Assembly: GCA_019429055.1 (NCBI GenBank)
Contig: JAHYJP010000003.1
Span: 1-58,734 of the forward strand
Source of the DNA: Bacteroidales bacterium
Lineage (GTDB): Bacteria; Bacteroidota; Bacteroidia; Bacteroidales; UBA7960
Direction of reading: 5' to 3'
DNA: 58,734 nucleotides
A model generated the notes under the pieces. That model saw only the letters and a program-made list of their open reading frames with translations, had not been told where the DNA came from and did not search any database. This document shows, piece after piece, positions 9,092-18,182 of this stretch. The position numbers and the translations under genes were made by a program. Numbering within the stretch: the first letter of the stretch is position 1; each line of letters opens with the position of its first letter.

Positions 9092-9571
9092 TTAAAGGTG
9101 ACTTTTAATGGCAGCAACAAGGGTTTCCTTTTGCTGAACACCAACGTAGCGCTGAACCGGCTCGCCATCCTTGAAAATGATAAGGGTAGGAATATTCTGC
9201 ACCCTGTTCATGTTCGCTGATCGGGGATTGTGATCCACGTCCAGTTTGGTAATTTTGGCTACATCTCCTAATTCCTGGGCAACTTCTTCAATAATTGGGT
9301 TTTGAATTCTGCAGGGAGGGCACCAGACAGCCCAGAAATCCACAAGTGTAACTCCTTCGGCAATGGTTTGCTCAAAAATGTCATCGGTTAAACTCAATAC
9401 CATACTTTCATCAGCCGAAACTTCTGCATAAGTATTACTGGCTGTTCCGCTTCCGGTGCTGAATACCATAACACTACCAACGGCAATTGCAATAACCAGA
9501 ACTGCAATCTGCAGAGATCTGGTTTTTTTCCAGAAATTTTCTACTTGTGGGTTTTGATTCGTTTTACTCAT
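9092..9571 (-). CDS. Membrane-anchored (exported) thioredoxin-family protein
   Basis: From ATG 9571 (MSKTNQNPQ...) there is one TM anchor 'LQIAVLVIAIAVGSVMVF', followed by 'LVDFWAVWCPPCRIQNPIIEE' (WCPPC) and 'VQNIPTLIIF'. The ORF-track start at 9646 is a TTG. Confidence 0.85.
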   Translation of the reverse strand: MSKTNQNPQVENFWKKTRSLQIAVLVIAIAVGSVMVFSTGSGTASNTYAEVSADESMVLSLTDDIFEQTIAEGVTLVDFWAVWCPPCRIQNPIIEEVAQELGDVAKITKLDVDHNPRSANMNRVQNIPTLIIFKDGEPVQRYVGVQQKETLVAAIKSHL

Positions 9572-9855
9572 AAATTCTATTTGTTGTTGAATGTTTGAAA
9601 TTACAAAAATATACTGATTGGTTTGTTGCTTATGGTTTGAAATCAAACTAAATACAAAGATATCTAATAATCTATATATATAAAAGTTAATTTTTGTTAT
9701 CCGGTTTTGAATCGGGTAAAACCCGGATATCAGGGTTTTAAAAAATAACGATCTTTGGAATAAACTTTGTGTATAACTCTAAAGTGAACGATTTGTTCAT
9801 ACTTAAATTCATCATACCATCTGTGAAATTTTTATAACCATAAAATAACGTTGCC

Positions 9856-10611
9856 ATGCAAAATTCTACATTCTCCACGAAATTATCAAAAAACCTGAGG
9901 GTTTTACTTGTTATTTCTCTAGTAACTTTTGGTTTTCAATCCTGTGATGAGGACGGAAACCTTCTTTTACCACCGCTTGGACTAACTGAAGCAGAAGTAG
10001 CCCAGGGTCTGAGAGAAGCTTTGAAGGTTGGAACCAATAACTCTGTGGAAGAAACCAACAGACTTGATGGGTATTTTGGTAATCCTGATATAAAAATTCC
10101 CTGGCCTCAGGATGCAATGGGTGCCTACAATTACATTAATAATAACATGGGTTTTATAAGACCCCTGCTGGATGAAGTTGTACTGCTCATGAACCGCGGT
10201 GCTGAAGCAGCTTCAGATAAGGCTAAACCCATATTTATTGATGCAATTACCGGTATTACTATTCATGATGCCTGGGAAATTTTAAATGGTGCCGATAATT
10301 CGGCTACTATGTACCTGCATAGCAGAACATTCAGCAGTTTGCACGAAGCATTTAAACCCGATATTCATAACGCTCTTCAAACAGTTGGTGCTGCTGCCCT
10401 CTGGACACAAATTGCAAACGCCTACAATCCTGTTGCAACAATAAGTCCCGGTTTAAATCCCCTTGACCCTGATCTTGCAGGTTACGCTACAGAAAAAGCT
10501 CTCGATGGTCTTTTCTTTCTTATTGCCGAGGAAGAGTACAAGATAAGGACTGACCCCATTGCTCGCATTAATGATATTCTCAGAAGGGTTTTTGGAACAC
10601 TCGACAATTGA
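9856..10611 (+). CDS. DUF4197-like secreted lipoprotein
   Basis: 251-aa ORF with a lipoprotein signal (FGFQSC). 'LTEAEVAQGLREALKVGTNNSVEETNRLDGYFGNPDIKIPWP' matches my recollection of the DUF4197 N-terminal signature. Its function is unknown. Confidence 0.65.
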   Translation: MQNSTFSTKLSKNLRVLLVISLVTFGFQSCDEDGNLLLPPLGLTEAEVAQGLREALKVGTNNSVEETNRLDGYFGNPDIKIPWPQDAMGAYNYINNNMGFIRPLLDEVVLLMNRGAEAASDKAKPIFIDAITGITIHDAWEILNGADNSATMYLHSRTFSSLHEAFKPDIHNALQTVGAAALWTQIANAYNPVATISPGLNPLDPDLAGYATEKALDGLFFLIAEEEYKIRTDPIARINDILRRVFGTLDN

Positions 10612-10634
10612 TCCTTTAGGTTACCATAAAAAAA

Positions 10635-10755
10635 GGGGCTGTCTCATAAGCAGAATTCAATCTGGACGCTGAGCTTGTCGAAGCGGTTATCTTACTGATA
10701 TTCAGCAATCGTTTCGACAGGCTCAACGACCAGAAAGAACTTCTGAGACAGCCTC
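10635..10755. repeat. Intergenic long-hairpin repeat element, copy B (intact)
   Basis: The terminal inverted repeats are 'ggggctgtctca' (10635-10646) and 'tgagacagcctc' (10744-10755). In the inner arms 'gacgctgagcttgtcgaagcg' pairs with 'cgtttcgacaggctcaacgac' at 19 of 21 positions, counting G-U pairs. An A-run lies 5' and a T-run 3'. It sits between convergent stops at 10611 and 10778. Confidence 0.7.
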
Positions 10756-10777
10756 TTTTTTTTAATTAACGTTTTTA

Positions 10778-11764
10778 CTAATCTATACCCGCAAAATGTT
10801 TCATAAATTGTACCCTTTGGAATACTGCAGGATTTTCTGACTTTTTAAAGCTCATTTTACCCCTGAAATCTTCTATTTTGGAAAAATTATTCTTTTCCAT
10901 CCACGATTGCAGTTGATCAATAATTAATGAAATCTGATCAAATCCGTGTTTGTAAAGAGTACTGCATATCTGAACTGCATGTGCACCGGCCAGTAATTGC
11001 TTTACCACGCCATATCCGTCGTGTACACCGGTTGAAGCGCAAAGATCTGTTTGTACACGACCGGAAAGGATGGCAATCCAGCGAAGTGAAGTTGAAATTT
11101 CATCAGGAGTACTGTATAAATTGCCGGGTTTTACAATGAATTTTTCCAGATCAAAATCAGGATTAAAGAAGCGATTAAAAAGAACTATTCCCTGAACTCC
11201 CGACCAGGATATTTTCTTAACCACTTCTGCCAGTCCTGAAAAATGGTAAGAAATTTTCAGTGAAATAGGTATTTGAACTTGTTTCTTAACATTCTCAATA
11301 ACGTGAAAATAAAGTTTTTCATATTCTGAACCGGGCATATCAATATCCGATGGTAATACAAATACATTCAATTCGAGTGCATCGGCGCCGGCTTTTTCAA
11401 TTTCTTTTGCAAAAGCAGGCCACTCATCGGCGCTCACACAATTGATGCTGGCAATAACCGGAATAGAAAGTTTTTCTTTGGCATTTTTGATAACTTTCAG
11501 ATACTCATCAATGGTTTGGGCACGAGAATAATTTCTTATGTAATCATCCGCCTCAGTGTAAGCACTTTGCACATCATCGTAAGAAAAAACTTTGCGTATT
11601 TCAAATTTAATCTGCTCCTCGAAAAGAGATTTCAGGACCACTGCGCCAGCTCCTTTTTCTTCGGCCTTTATGAGTTGGTCAACAGTACGGGTTAAGCCTG
11701 AGCTGCCTACTATTACTGGGTTTCTGAGCGTTAAACCCATGTAGCTGGTTGATAAGTCTGTCAT
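10778..11764 (-). CDS. Dihydroorotate dehydrogenase-like TIM-barrel flavoprotein
   Basis: 328-aa ORF. 'LTLRNPVIVGSSGLT', 'GAGAVVLKSLFEEQ', 'PVIASIN' and 'ADALELNV' follow the class-1 DHOD/DHPD-like barrel pattern. It is probably not the canonical PyrD. Confidence 0.75.
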   Translation of the reverse strand: MTDLSTSYMGLTLRNPVIVGSSGLTRTVDQLIKAEEKGAGAVVLKSLFEEQIKFEIRKVFSYDDVQSAYTEADDYIRNYSRAQTIDEYLKVIKNAKEKLSIPVIASINCVSADEWPAFAKEIEKAGADALELNVFVLPSDIDMPGSEYEKLYFHVIENVKKQVQIPISLKISYHFSGLAEVVKKISWSGVQGIVLFNRFFNPDFDLEKFIVKPGNLYSTPDEISTSLRWIAILSGRVQTDLCASTGVHDGYGVVKQLLAGAHAVQICSTLYKHGFDQISLIIDQLQSWMEKNNFSKIEDFRGKMSFKKSENPAVFQRVQFMKHFAGID

Positions 11765-12050
11765 AATCCGGATTTTTTATTTGAATTTTTGCTTAGTGTT
11801 CAAAGATTAGCTTTTCAGAACTCTTTTTGTTCTGTTCGACAAACCTACACAAAATTTAAAAAAGTTAAACATACATAGCCAAAAAAATTGTTCTTTTGTT
11901 AAGATAATGCCTGCTTAAAAACCGAAATTCACTGAATTATGGTACATTATATGCAGTAACTTTGATTCGATTAATTTTGGGGTTGCGATAAACATTTCAA
12001 GGTTTAAGTTATTTATCTTATCCCCGGGGCAACCAATAAAGTATAAAGGA

Positions 12051-13568
12051 ATGGATACCGTAAAACTCAAAGGAAAGCACGAAACACTTTTTTCAAAAAC
12101 TGCCTTCAGAAACCTGATGGAGCCTTTACTGGTTTTATTTAATAAAGCCGTATCTGAAGTTTTTGAGAACCGTGAATATTACATAGCTTACAGTATTCCA
12201 GGCGGAGTTTATGGCTACTTCAAAGATTTTGAAATATCCGATGATGAAATTAATGCTTTAAAAAGTAAAATCAATAAGCTCATTTCTGCAAACCTTGATT
12301 TTCAGCAGGAAATACTTCCCAAAGAGAAGGTTTTAAGGTACTTTACGGAAAACCACCGATCTGATATTATTGAATTATTGCAATCGAAGCCTAATGACCT
12401 GGATGATAGTATGCATCTTGCGCATCTTAACGGTAATGGTGAATTGTTCTTTAATCATGTAAACGAGCATTATGAAAGGCTTGATAAGTTCAGACTCTTT
12501 CGTTTTAAAAAAGGTTTCTTTTTAATTGCCGATCCTGACTTTTTCGGGAGGGTAATGCCTCAACGACTTGAAATAAGTAAATATCTGAAACGATTTGATG
12601 AATCGGAAGAAACCATGAAGCAACTGGGCATAGAAAGCATAGCCCAGTTAAATGATGTGATTGAAAACGGAGAATTACCCGAGTTTATTAAAATATCAGA
12701 AGCTTACCAGGCCAAAAGGATTGGCCGTATTGCCGATAATATTGTCTGTCATCCGCTTAAACCCCGATTGATCTTTCTTGCCGGCCCAACATCTTCAGGA
12801 AAAACCACATCTGCTAACCGGCTGGCCATCGAGTTGAAGGTTCTTGGCAAGAAAGTTCTTATCATGTCGCTTGATAATTTCTACTTACCTCATTCAAAGA
12901 TTCCTTTTGATCCCGAAACCGGACTTCAGAACTTTGAGCTTATTACTGCTCTCGACCTTGATTTGTTTTGCAAAACCATTTATCAGCTTATGGATGGTGA
13001 AAGCATTTACATGCCCCGCTACCATTTCGACGGTAAAGGTGCTGTTCCTGATGATAAACCCACCAGCATAACTCCTGATACTTACTTAATAGTGGAAGGA
13101 ATACACGGACTTAATCCTGATTTATGGCAAAACACCATGAATATTGATTCCTACCGGTTATATGTTTCGGCTCTGAATACCCTTAACATTCATGATCATC
13201 TTCCGTTATCCACATCTGATCACAGGTTGATAAGGCGACTGGTCAGAGACCACCTTTTCAGGGGGTACAGTTTTAATGAAACCATAAAACGCTGGCCCGA
13301 TGTAATGGAAAACGAATACCACTCCATATTTCCCTTCCAGGAGAGTGCACATGCCATTTTCAACTCTTCACTCATTTACGAAATTGCTGTTTTTGCGCAT
13401 TATGCCCCCGGAATTCTCAGGCCGGAGCTTGCCGAAAATGAAGTGATCAGAGAAGAAGTAAAACGGTTAAACCGTATCCTGAATTTGTTAAAACCTATTA
13501 ATCCCAAAGACATACCCCCTACCAGTATCCTCAGGGAATTTATCGGAGGCAGCAGTTTTACGTATTAA
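12051..13568 (+). CDS. Uridine/nucleoside kinase family protein with a long N-terminal extension
   Basis: 505-aa ORF. It has the P-loop 'LAGPTSSGKTTSANRL', and 'LIVEGIHGLNP' and 'RRLVRDHLFRGYS' typical of the PRK/uridine-kinase fold. The preceding domain of about 220 aa may be like the ThrRS/AlaRS second additional domain. Confidence 0.75.
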   Translation: MDTVKLKGKHETLFSKTAFRNLMEPLLVLFNKAVSEVFENREYYIAYSIPGGVYGYFKDFEISDDEINALKSKINKLISANLDFQQEILPKEKVLRYFTENHRSDIIELLQSKPNDLDDSMHLAHLNGNGELFFNHVNEHYERLDKFRLFRFKKGFFLIADPDFFGRVMPQRLEISKYLKRFDESEETMKQLGIESIAQLNDVIENGELPEFIKISEAYQAKRIGRIADNIVCHPLKPRLIFLAGPTSSGKTTSANRLAIELKVLGKKVLIMSLDNFYLPHSKIPFDPETGLQNFELITALDLDLFCKTIYQLMDGESIYMPRYHFDGKGAVPDDKPTSITPDTYLIVEGIHGLNPDLWQNTMNIDSYRLYVSALNTLNIHDHLPLSTSDHRLIRRLVRDHLFRGYSFNETIKRWPDVMENEYHSIFPFQESAHAIFNSSLIYEIAVFAHYAPGILRPELAENEVIREEVKRLNRILNLLKPINPKDIPPTSILREFIGGSSFTY

Positions 13569-13781
13569 AAATTAATTCAACATTTTAAACGAGTGTTGTT
13601 ATTAAGGTATTTTTTATACTTTTGTGCCTTTATTTGCTATAAATATCCTTATTTTCGTATCTATTTTTTCTAATAAGCGTAAAAAGTAAACCGATTGATA
13701 TAATTTTTGTCAATTACCTGAGTTTATATTTTTATTTTTCACCAAAATCAACAGATTAAATTTCACTAAACACGAGAAATT

Positions 13782-15341
13782 ATGAACTTACGTTTGATTA
13801 GATTCTTGCTGGTAGGTTTAATCCTGCCTATTAACGTTTGGGCTGGAGGTATTGTAAATAACACCAACCAAAGTGCATCTTTTATCAGAAAACCCGTTCA
13901 GGATGCTGTGATAAATGCTACAGGTACTTATTATAACCCTGCCGGACTTGCTTTTCTTGAGGATGGTTTTCATCTGTCAGTAAGCAATCAGAGCATTTTT
14001 CAAACCCGTAAAATCAACAGTACATTTCCCGGTCTGGCAACTGACGAATTTGAGGGTATCGTAAGAGCACCTTTGTTTCCAACGGTTTATGCTGTTTACA
14101 AATCCGGTAATCTGGCTTATTCATTTGGAGTTAATCCTATTGGTGGCGGTGGAAGTGCCGATTTCAAGGAGGGGTTGCCTTCATTTGAGCAGGAGATTGC
14201 AGTTTTACCCCCCGGACTCACTCAAGCCGGAATCAACACAACAGCATATCAGATGGATGCAGCCTTCGATGCCAGTTCTTTGAACTGGGGCCTGCAGCTC
14301 AATGCATCTTATGCATTTAACGAGGTGTTGTCTGTTAGTGCCGGGTTGCGCTACATCATAGCAAATAATACCTACAAGGGACATCTGCGCGACATTATGA
14401 TAAATCCAGTACATCCCCTCAATGCCAATGGCCCCGGTAACATGGTATCTGCCCCTTTGTTTTTTGGAACCGTTGCTTTTGCAGCAAACTCTGCGGTAAC
14501 AGCTCTTCAGCCTGTTATTGATAACAATGCAGGGGGTCTTACATTGAATCAGCTTGTTGGATTGGGTGTTATAACACAAGATGAAGCTAACCAGTTGGCT
14601 GGCGGGCTGGGAAATGCTTATAACCCTGATATGACAGCAGCAGAGATTCAAGGTACCTACGCAGGAATTGCAACTCAAATGACAGGTCTTGCAAATGCCA
14701 CTGAGGACAGAGCCCTCGATGCATCTCAAAGCGGTTGGGGCATTGCTCCGATTTTTGGTTTGAATATCAAATTCTCCGATGATTTGAATATGGCAGTAAA
14801 ATATGAGCACAGAGCTACCATAAAAATGACCAACAGCACAACTGTTGATGATGTAGGAATGTATCCTGATGGACTGGAAGTCCCCAACGATATGCCATCT
14901 ATGCTGGCTGTTGGCCTTAATTATAAGCCAACCAGGGAACTTAGTTTATCTGCAGGTATGCATTATTATTTCGACAGGGATGCAGATTACGGAAAGCAGT
15001 TGGGAGGCGATTTTGTTCCGAACAGCAGGGTTATTGACAATAATTTCCTGGAACTTGGCTTTGGAGTTGAGTATTTCGTAAATCCTGATTTAAGCATAAG
15101 TACTGGTTATTTGCGTACTCAAACAGGGGTAAATGACGACTATCAGAACGATATTAGCCATAGCCTTAGCACAAATTCAATTGGTATCGGCGGAAGCTAC
15201 AGATTCACTCCCAATCTTTTATTTAACCTTGGCTTCATGACCACCATGTATGAACCTTATACCAAATCCTTTACAGGATATAATCAGACTTACGACAGAA
15301 TTGCCTATACACTTGCAATAGGTTTTGATTTCAAATTCTGA
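13782..15341 (+). CDS. FadL/OmpP1-like outer-membrane transport barrel, long variant
   Basis: 519-aa ORF. A signal peptide (ILPINVWA) is followed by 'NPAGLAFLEDGFHLSVS'. It has alternating beta-strand patterning and a C-terminal aromatic end '...IGFDFKF'. It is followed by a second FadL gene and an SGNH lipase gene. Confidence 0.65.
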   Translation: MNLRLIRFLLVGLILPINVWAGGIVNNTNQSASFIRKPVQDAVINATGTYYNPAGLAFLEDGFHLSVSNQSIFQTRKINSTFPGLATDEFEGIVRAPLFPTVYAVYKSGNLAYSFGVNPIGGGGSADFKEGLPSFEQEIAVLPPGLTQAGINTTAYQMDAAFDASSLNWGLQLNASYAFNEVLSVSAGLRYIIANNTYKGHLRDIMINPVHPLNANGPGNMVSAPLFFGTVAFAANSAVTALQPVIDNNAGGLTLNQLVGLGVITQDEANQLAGGLGNAYNPDMTAAEIQGTYAGIATQMTGLANATEDRALDASQSGWGIAPIFGLNIKFSDDLNMAVKYEHRATIKMTNSTTVDDVGMYPDGLEVPNDMPSMLAVGLNYKPTRELSLSAGMHYYFDRDADYGKQLGGDFVPNSRVIDNNFLELGFGVEYFVNPDLSISTGYLRTQTGVNDDYQNDISHSLSTNSIGIGGSYRFTPNLLFNLGFMTTMYEPYTKSFTGYNQTYDRIAYTLAIGFDFKF

Positions 15342-15364
15342 TAATACACCAGATTATTTTGCTG

Positions 15365-15399
15365 AGCCGGTAAACTTTAATTGGTTTGCCGGCTTTTTC
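15365..15399 (+). terminator. Rho-independent terminator after the first FadL-like gene
   Basis: An 11-bp stem pairs agccggtaaac (15365-15375) with gtttgccggct (15384-15394), with one G-U pair, and is followed by TTTTT. Confidence 0.65.
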
Positions 15400-15539
15400 T
15401 TTCATTTTACAGGGAGGTAATTGCGAAATAAAGCGTAATCGATCGTTTGATGCCTGATTAGTATTGCCGTTCACGGTTTTCATATACACATCGGGCTTTC
15501 TGACAATGAGCTGATATCAATAACTAAAGATTTATTTAT

Positions 15540-15547
15540 TACTTTTG
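15540..15547 (+). promoter_or_regulatory. Candidate -7 promoter box (TACTTTTG)
   Basis: A TAnnTTTG match about 93 nt upstream of ATG 15640 and downstream of the terminator at 15365-15399. This is a motif match only. Confidence 0.3.
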
Positions 15548-15639
15548 TCTGCCGGCTATCCCTGCAGGAAAGCAACATTTAGCTACGTGTATCAAATATG
15601 GGCATTTTCATAAATTACCAGCTGAATTAAATTTAGTCA

Positions 15640-16872
15640 ATGAAGAGAATATTTATCTGCATTTTTTTCTTACAATTTCTGGTTGTTAATACTGCTCAGA
15701 GTGGCGGTTATCAGGTAAGTCTCCATGGTCATAAGAATATGGGTATGGGCTTAATTGGTACTTCTCTCAATTTTGATGCAAGTACTGTATTTTTAAACCC
15801 GGGAGCGATGGCCACACTTTCGTCAAAATACAGCTTCATGGCAGGTATAAGCGGAATCAGGTCCACAACAAAGTTTCAGCTCGAAAAACCATCAATATAC
15901 CAGGCAGCTACCGACAACCCACGCAGCACACCTTTTTATTTGTATGCAACCGCACGTATAGCCGAAAACCTTAGTCTGGGTTTGGCAGTAAACACACCCT
16001 ATGGAAACAGTCTTAAATGGGAAGAAGGCTGGGCAGGGCGGTTTTTAATTCAGGAGATATCACTTCAGGCTATTACGATTCAACCCACAGTGGCATACAG
16101 GTTAAGTGAAAGTATTTCACTGGGAGCAGGTTTTGTTGTGGCCACCGGAAAAGTTGATTTAAAAAGAAAACTTCCTGTTCAGAATGAATCGGGTGAAGGC
16201 GAAGTAAATATTTCAGGAAACACGGTGAATTATGGATTCAATGCCGGTGTTTTCTTTGTTCCCATCCCTGATTTAAACATCGGGTTGAGCTACCGTTCTT
16301 TAATAAAAATGAAACTGGATAAAGCAGAAGCTGTTTTTTCTGTTCCCGAATCCCTGAGTTATCTTTTCCCGGAAGCCAATACTGTGGCAACATCGCTTCC
16401 TTTGCCTGCCAATCTTGATCTGGGTATCTCTTATCGGTTTTCCGATAAGCTGATGGCAGGAATTACCCTCAACTATGTTTTCTGGAGTGCTTATGAAAGT
16501 CTTGATTTTGACTTCGAAATCAATACAACGGCCCTTAATGATGTTCAGAGTCCAAGAGAATACAGCAATACAATTATTTTCAGAACAGGGGCCGAATACC
16601 GGGTACTGGAAAATTTATTTTTCAGGGCAGGAGCATATTTTGATCCATCTCCGGTTAATGAGATCTATTTCTCTCCCGAAACACCAGGATTGAATAACAT
16701 TGGTTTAAGCACGGGTTTGTCCTTTGTGCCAATGGATAATCTCAGCATTGATCTGGGCTTCCTTTATGTTATGGGAATTGAAAAGGATATAAGCTTTTTA
16801 CCGGCAAATTTCAATGGCACATATAAATCCAGAGCCTACATTTCCGGGTTTGGTGTCAGTTATAATTTTTAA
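15640..16872 (+). CDS. OmpP1/FadL/TodX-family long-chain fatty acid outer-membrane transporter
   Basis: 410-aa ORF. A signal peptide is followed by 'GGYQVSLHGHKNMGMGLIGTS...FLNPGAMA', the family N-terminal hatch motif. The C-terminus reads 'GFGVSYNF'. Confidence 0.8.
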   Translation: MKRIFICIFFLQFLVVNTAQSGGYQVSLHGHKNMGMGLIGTSLNFDASTVFLNPGAMATLSSKYSFMAGISGIRSTTKFQLEKPSIYQAATDNPRSTPFYLYATARIAENLSLGLAVNTPYGNSLKWEEGWAGRFLIQEISLQAITIQPTVAYRLSESISLGAGFVVATGKVDLKRKLPVQNESGEGEVNISGNTVNYGFNAGVFFVPIPDLNIGLSYRSLIKMKLDKAEAVFSVPESLSYLFPEANTVATSLPLPANLDLGISYRFSDKLMAGITLNYVFWSAYESLDFDFEINTTALNDVQSPREYSNTIIFRTGAEYRVLENLFFRAGAYFDPSPVNEIYFSPETPGLNNIGLSTGLSFVPMDNLSIDLGFLYVMGIEKDISFLPANFNGTYKSRAYISGFGVSYNF

Positions 16873-16889
16873 TACAGGTTTTTTGAAAA

Positions 16890-18182
16890 ATGAAGTTCAG
16901 AACTCTCATATACTTATTATCGGCGCTATTCTTAATCTCCTGTGAGCCTGAGATTGAAGCCTTTAAGCCCGATGCCGGCGAAGCCGATTTTTCGGTATAT
17001 GTTGCATTGGGAAATTCTTTGACGGCAGGATATGCCAACGGTGAGTTGTATAAATCAGGGCAAATGGTTTCTTATGCCAATATCATGGCCAAGCAGATGA
17101 TTCATGCAGGTGCAGGAGAGTTCAGGCAACCCCTTATGAAAGATGAACTTGGGTTTGGTAATAAAGTTATTCTGGGAGAGGTATCTGACTGTTTGGGTAA
17201 TGATATTCTTGCCCCTGTTCCGGCAGGCGGCACACCTGATCCGGCTAATTTTACCAGTATATTTTCAGAAGAAGGACCCTTTCATAATATCGGAGTACCT
17301 GGTGCACAGATTTCTCATCTTCTTTTACCGGGTTATAGCTTGTATAATCAATACTTTGGAAGATTTGCAAGTAATGCATCTACAAGAGTTCTTGATGATG
17401 CTCTTGATCTTGATCCAACATTCTTTTCTTTATGGATAGGAAGTAATGATGTACTCGGGTATGCCATCAGTGGAGGGGAAAGTGGGGTTATAACGCCTTC
17501 GGAAGAATTTAAGCAGCTTTACAGGCTCATACTTAATGAACTTACATCGAAATCTGATAAGGGTGTTTTAGCCAATATTCCCGAAATTATAAGTATACCT
17601 TTTTTCAATACAATACCGGCTCACGGACTTCTTCTTACCCGTCAGGGGCAAGTTGACAGCCTTAATTTGCTTCATGTCGGAAATCCCTACATAACTTTTC
17701 GTTTAGGCTACAATGGATTTGTGGTGGCCGACGCTGCATCTGAATATGATGCTATGCGACAGCTTGAAGAGGATGAGCTGGTTTTACTGACTGTTCCGCA
17801 AGACAAAATAAAATGTGAAGGCTGGGGATCTGAGTTTCCTATACCTGCAAACTTTTATCTTTCCCAACAACAGATTATTGAGGTAGCAACAGCCATTGAA
17901 GCTTATAATATGGCCATTAACGAATTAGCCGGTGAATTTAACCTTGCTTTGGTTGATATTAACAGCTTGCTCAAGGAAAGCATTACCGGAATTAATTACG
18001 ATGGGCTAAACTTTAATACACAATATGTAATGGGAGGTGTTTTTTCACTGGACGGTATACATTTGAGTCCACGCGGGAATGCCATTGTAGCTAATCATTT
18101 TATCAAGGCAATCAATAGCAAGTATGGCTCTACCATTCCTAAGGTTAGTCCTACGCAATTTCCCGGAATAATTTTTCCTTAA
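16890..18182 (+). CDS. SGNH/GDSL-family hydrolase lipoprotein (probable lipase/esterase)
   Basis: 430-aa ORF with a lipobox (LFLISC). It has block I 'VALGNSLTAGY', block III 'GSNDVLGY' and block V 'DGIHLSPRG'. It starts 17 nt after the FadL gene. Confidence 0.8.
   Translation: MKFRTLIYLLSALFLISCEPEIEAFKPDAGEADFSVYVALGNSLTAGYANGELYKSGQMVSYANIMAKQMIHAGAGEFRQPLMKDELGFGNKVILGEVSDCLGNDILAPVPAGGTPDPANFTSIFSEEGPFHNIGVPGAQISHLLLPGYSLYNQYFGRFASNASTRVLDDALDLDPTFFSLWIGSNDVLGYAISGGESGVITPSEEFKQLYRLILNELTSKSDKGVLANIPEIISIPFFNTIPAHGLLLTRQGQVDSLNLLHVGNPYITFRLGYNGFVVADAASEYDAMRQLEEDELVLLTVPQDKIKCEGWGSEFPIPANFYLSQQQIIEVATAIEAYNMAINELAGEFNLALVDINSLLKESITGINYDGLNFNTQYVMGGVFSLDGIHLSPRGNAIVANHFIKAINSKYGSTIPKVSPTQFPGIIFP

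Noticed and set aside
14205-14810. 201-aa minus-strand ORF
   Set aside because: It lies entirely inside, and antisense to, the FadL-like barrel gene. It is Cys-rich nonsense composition.
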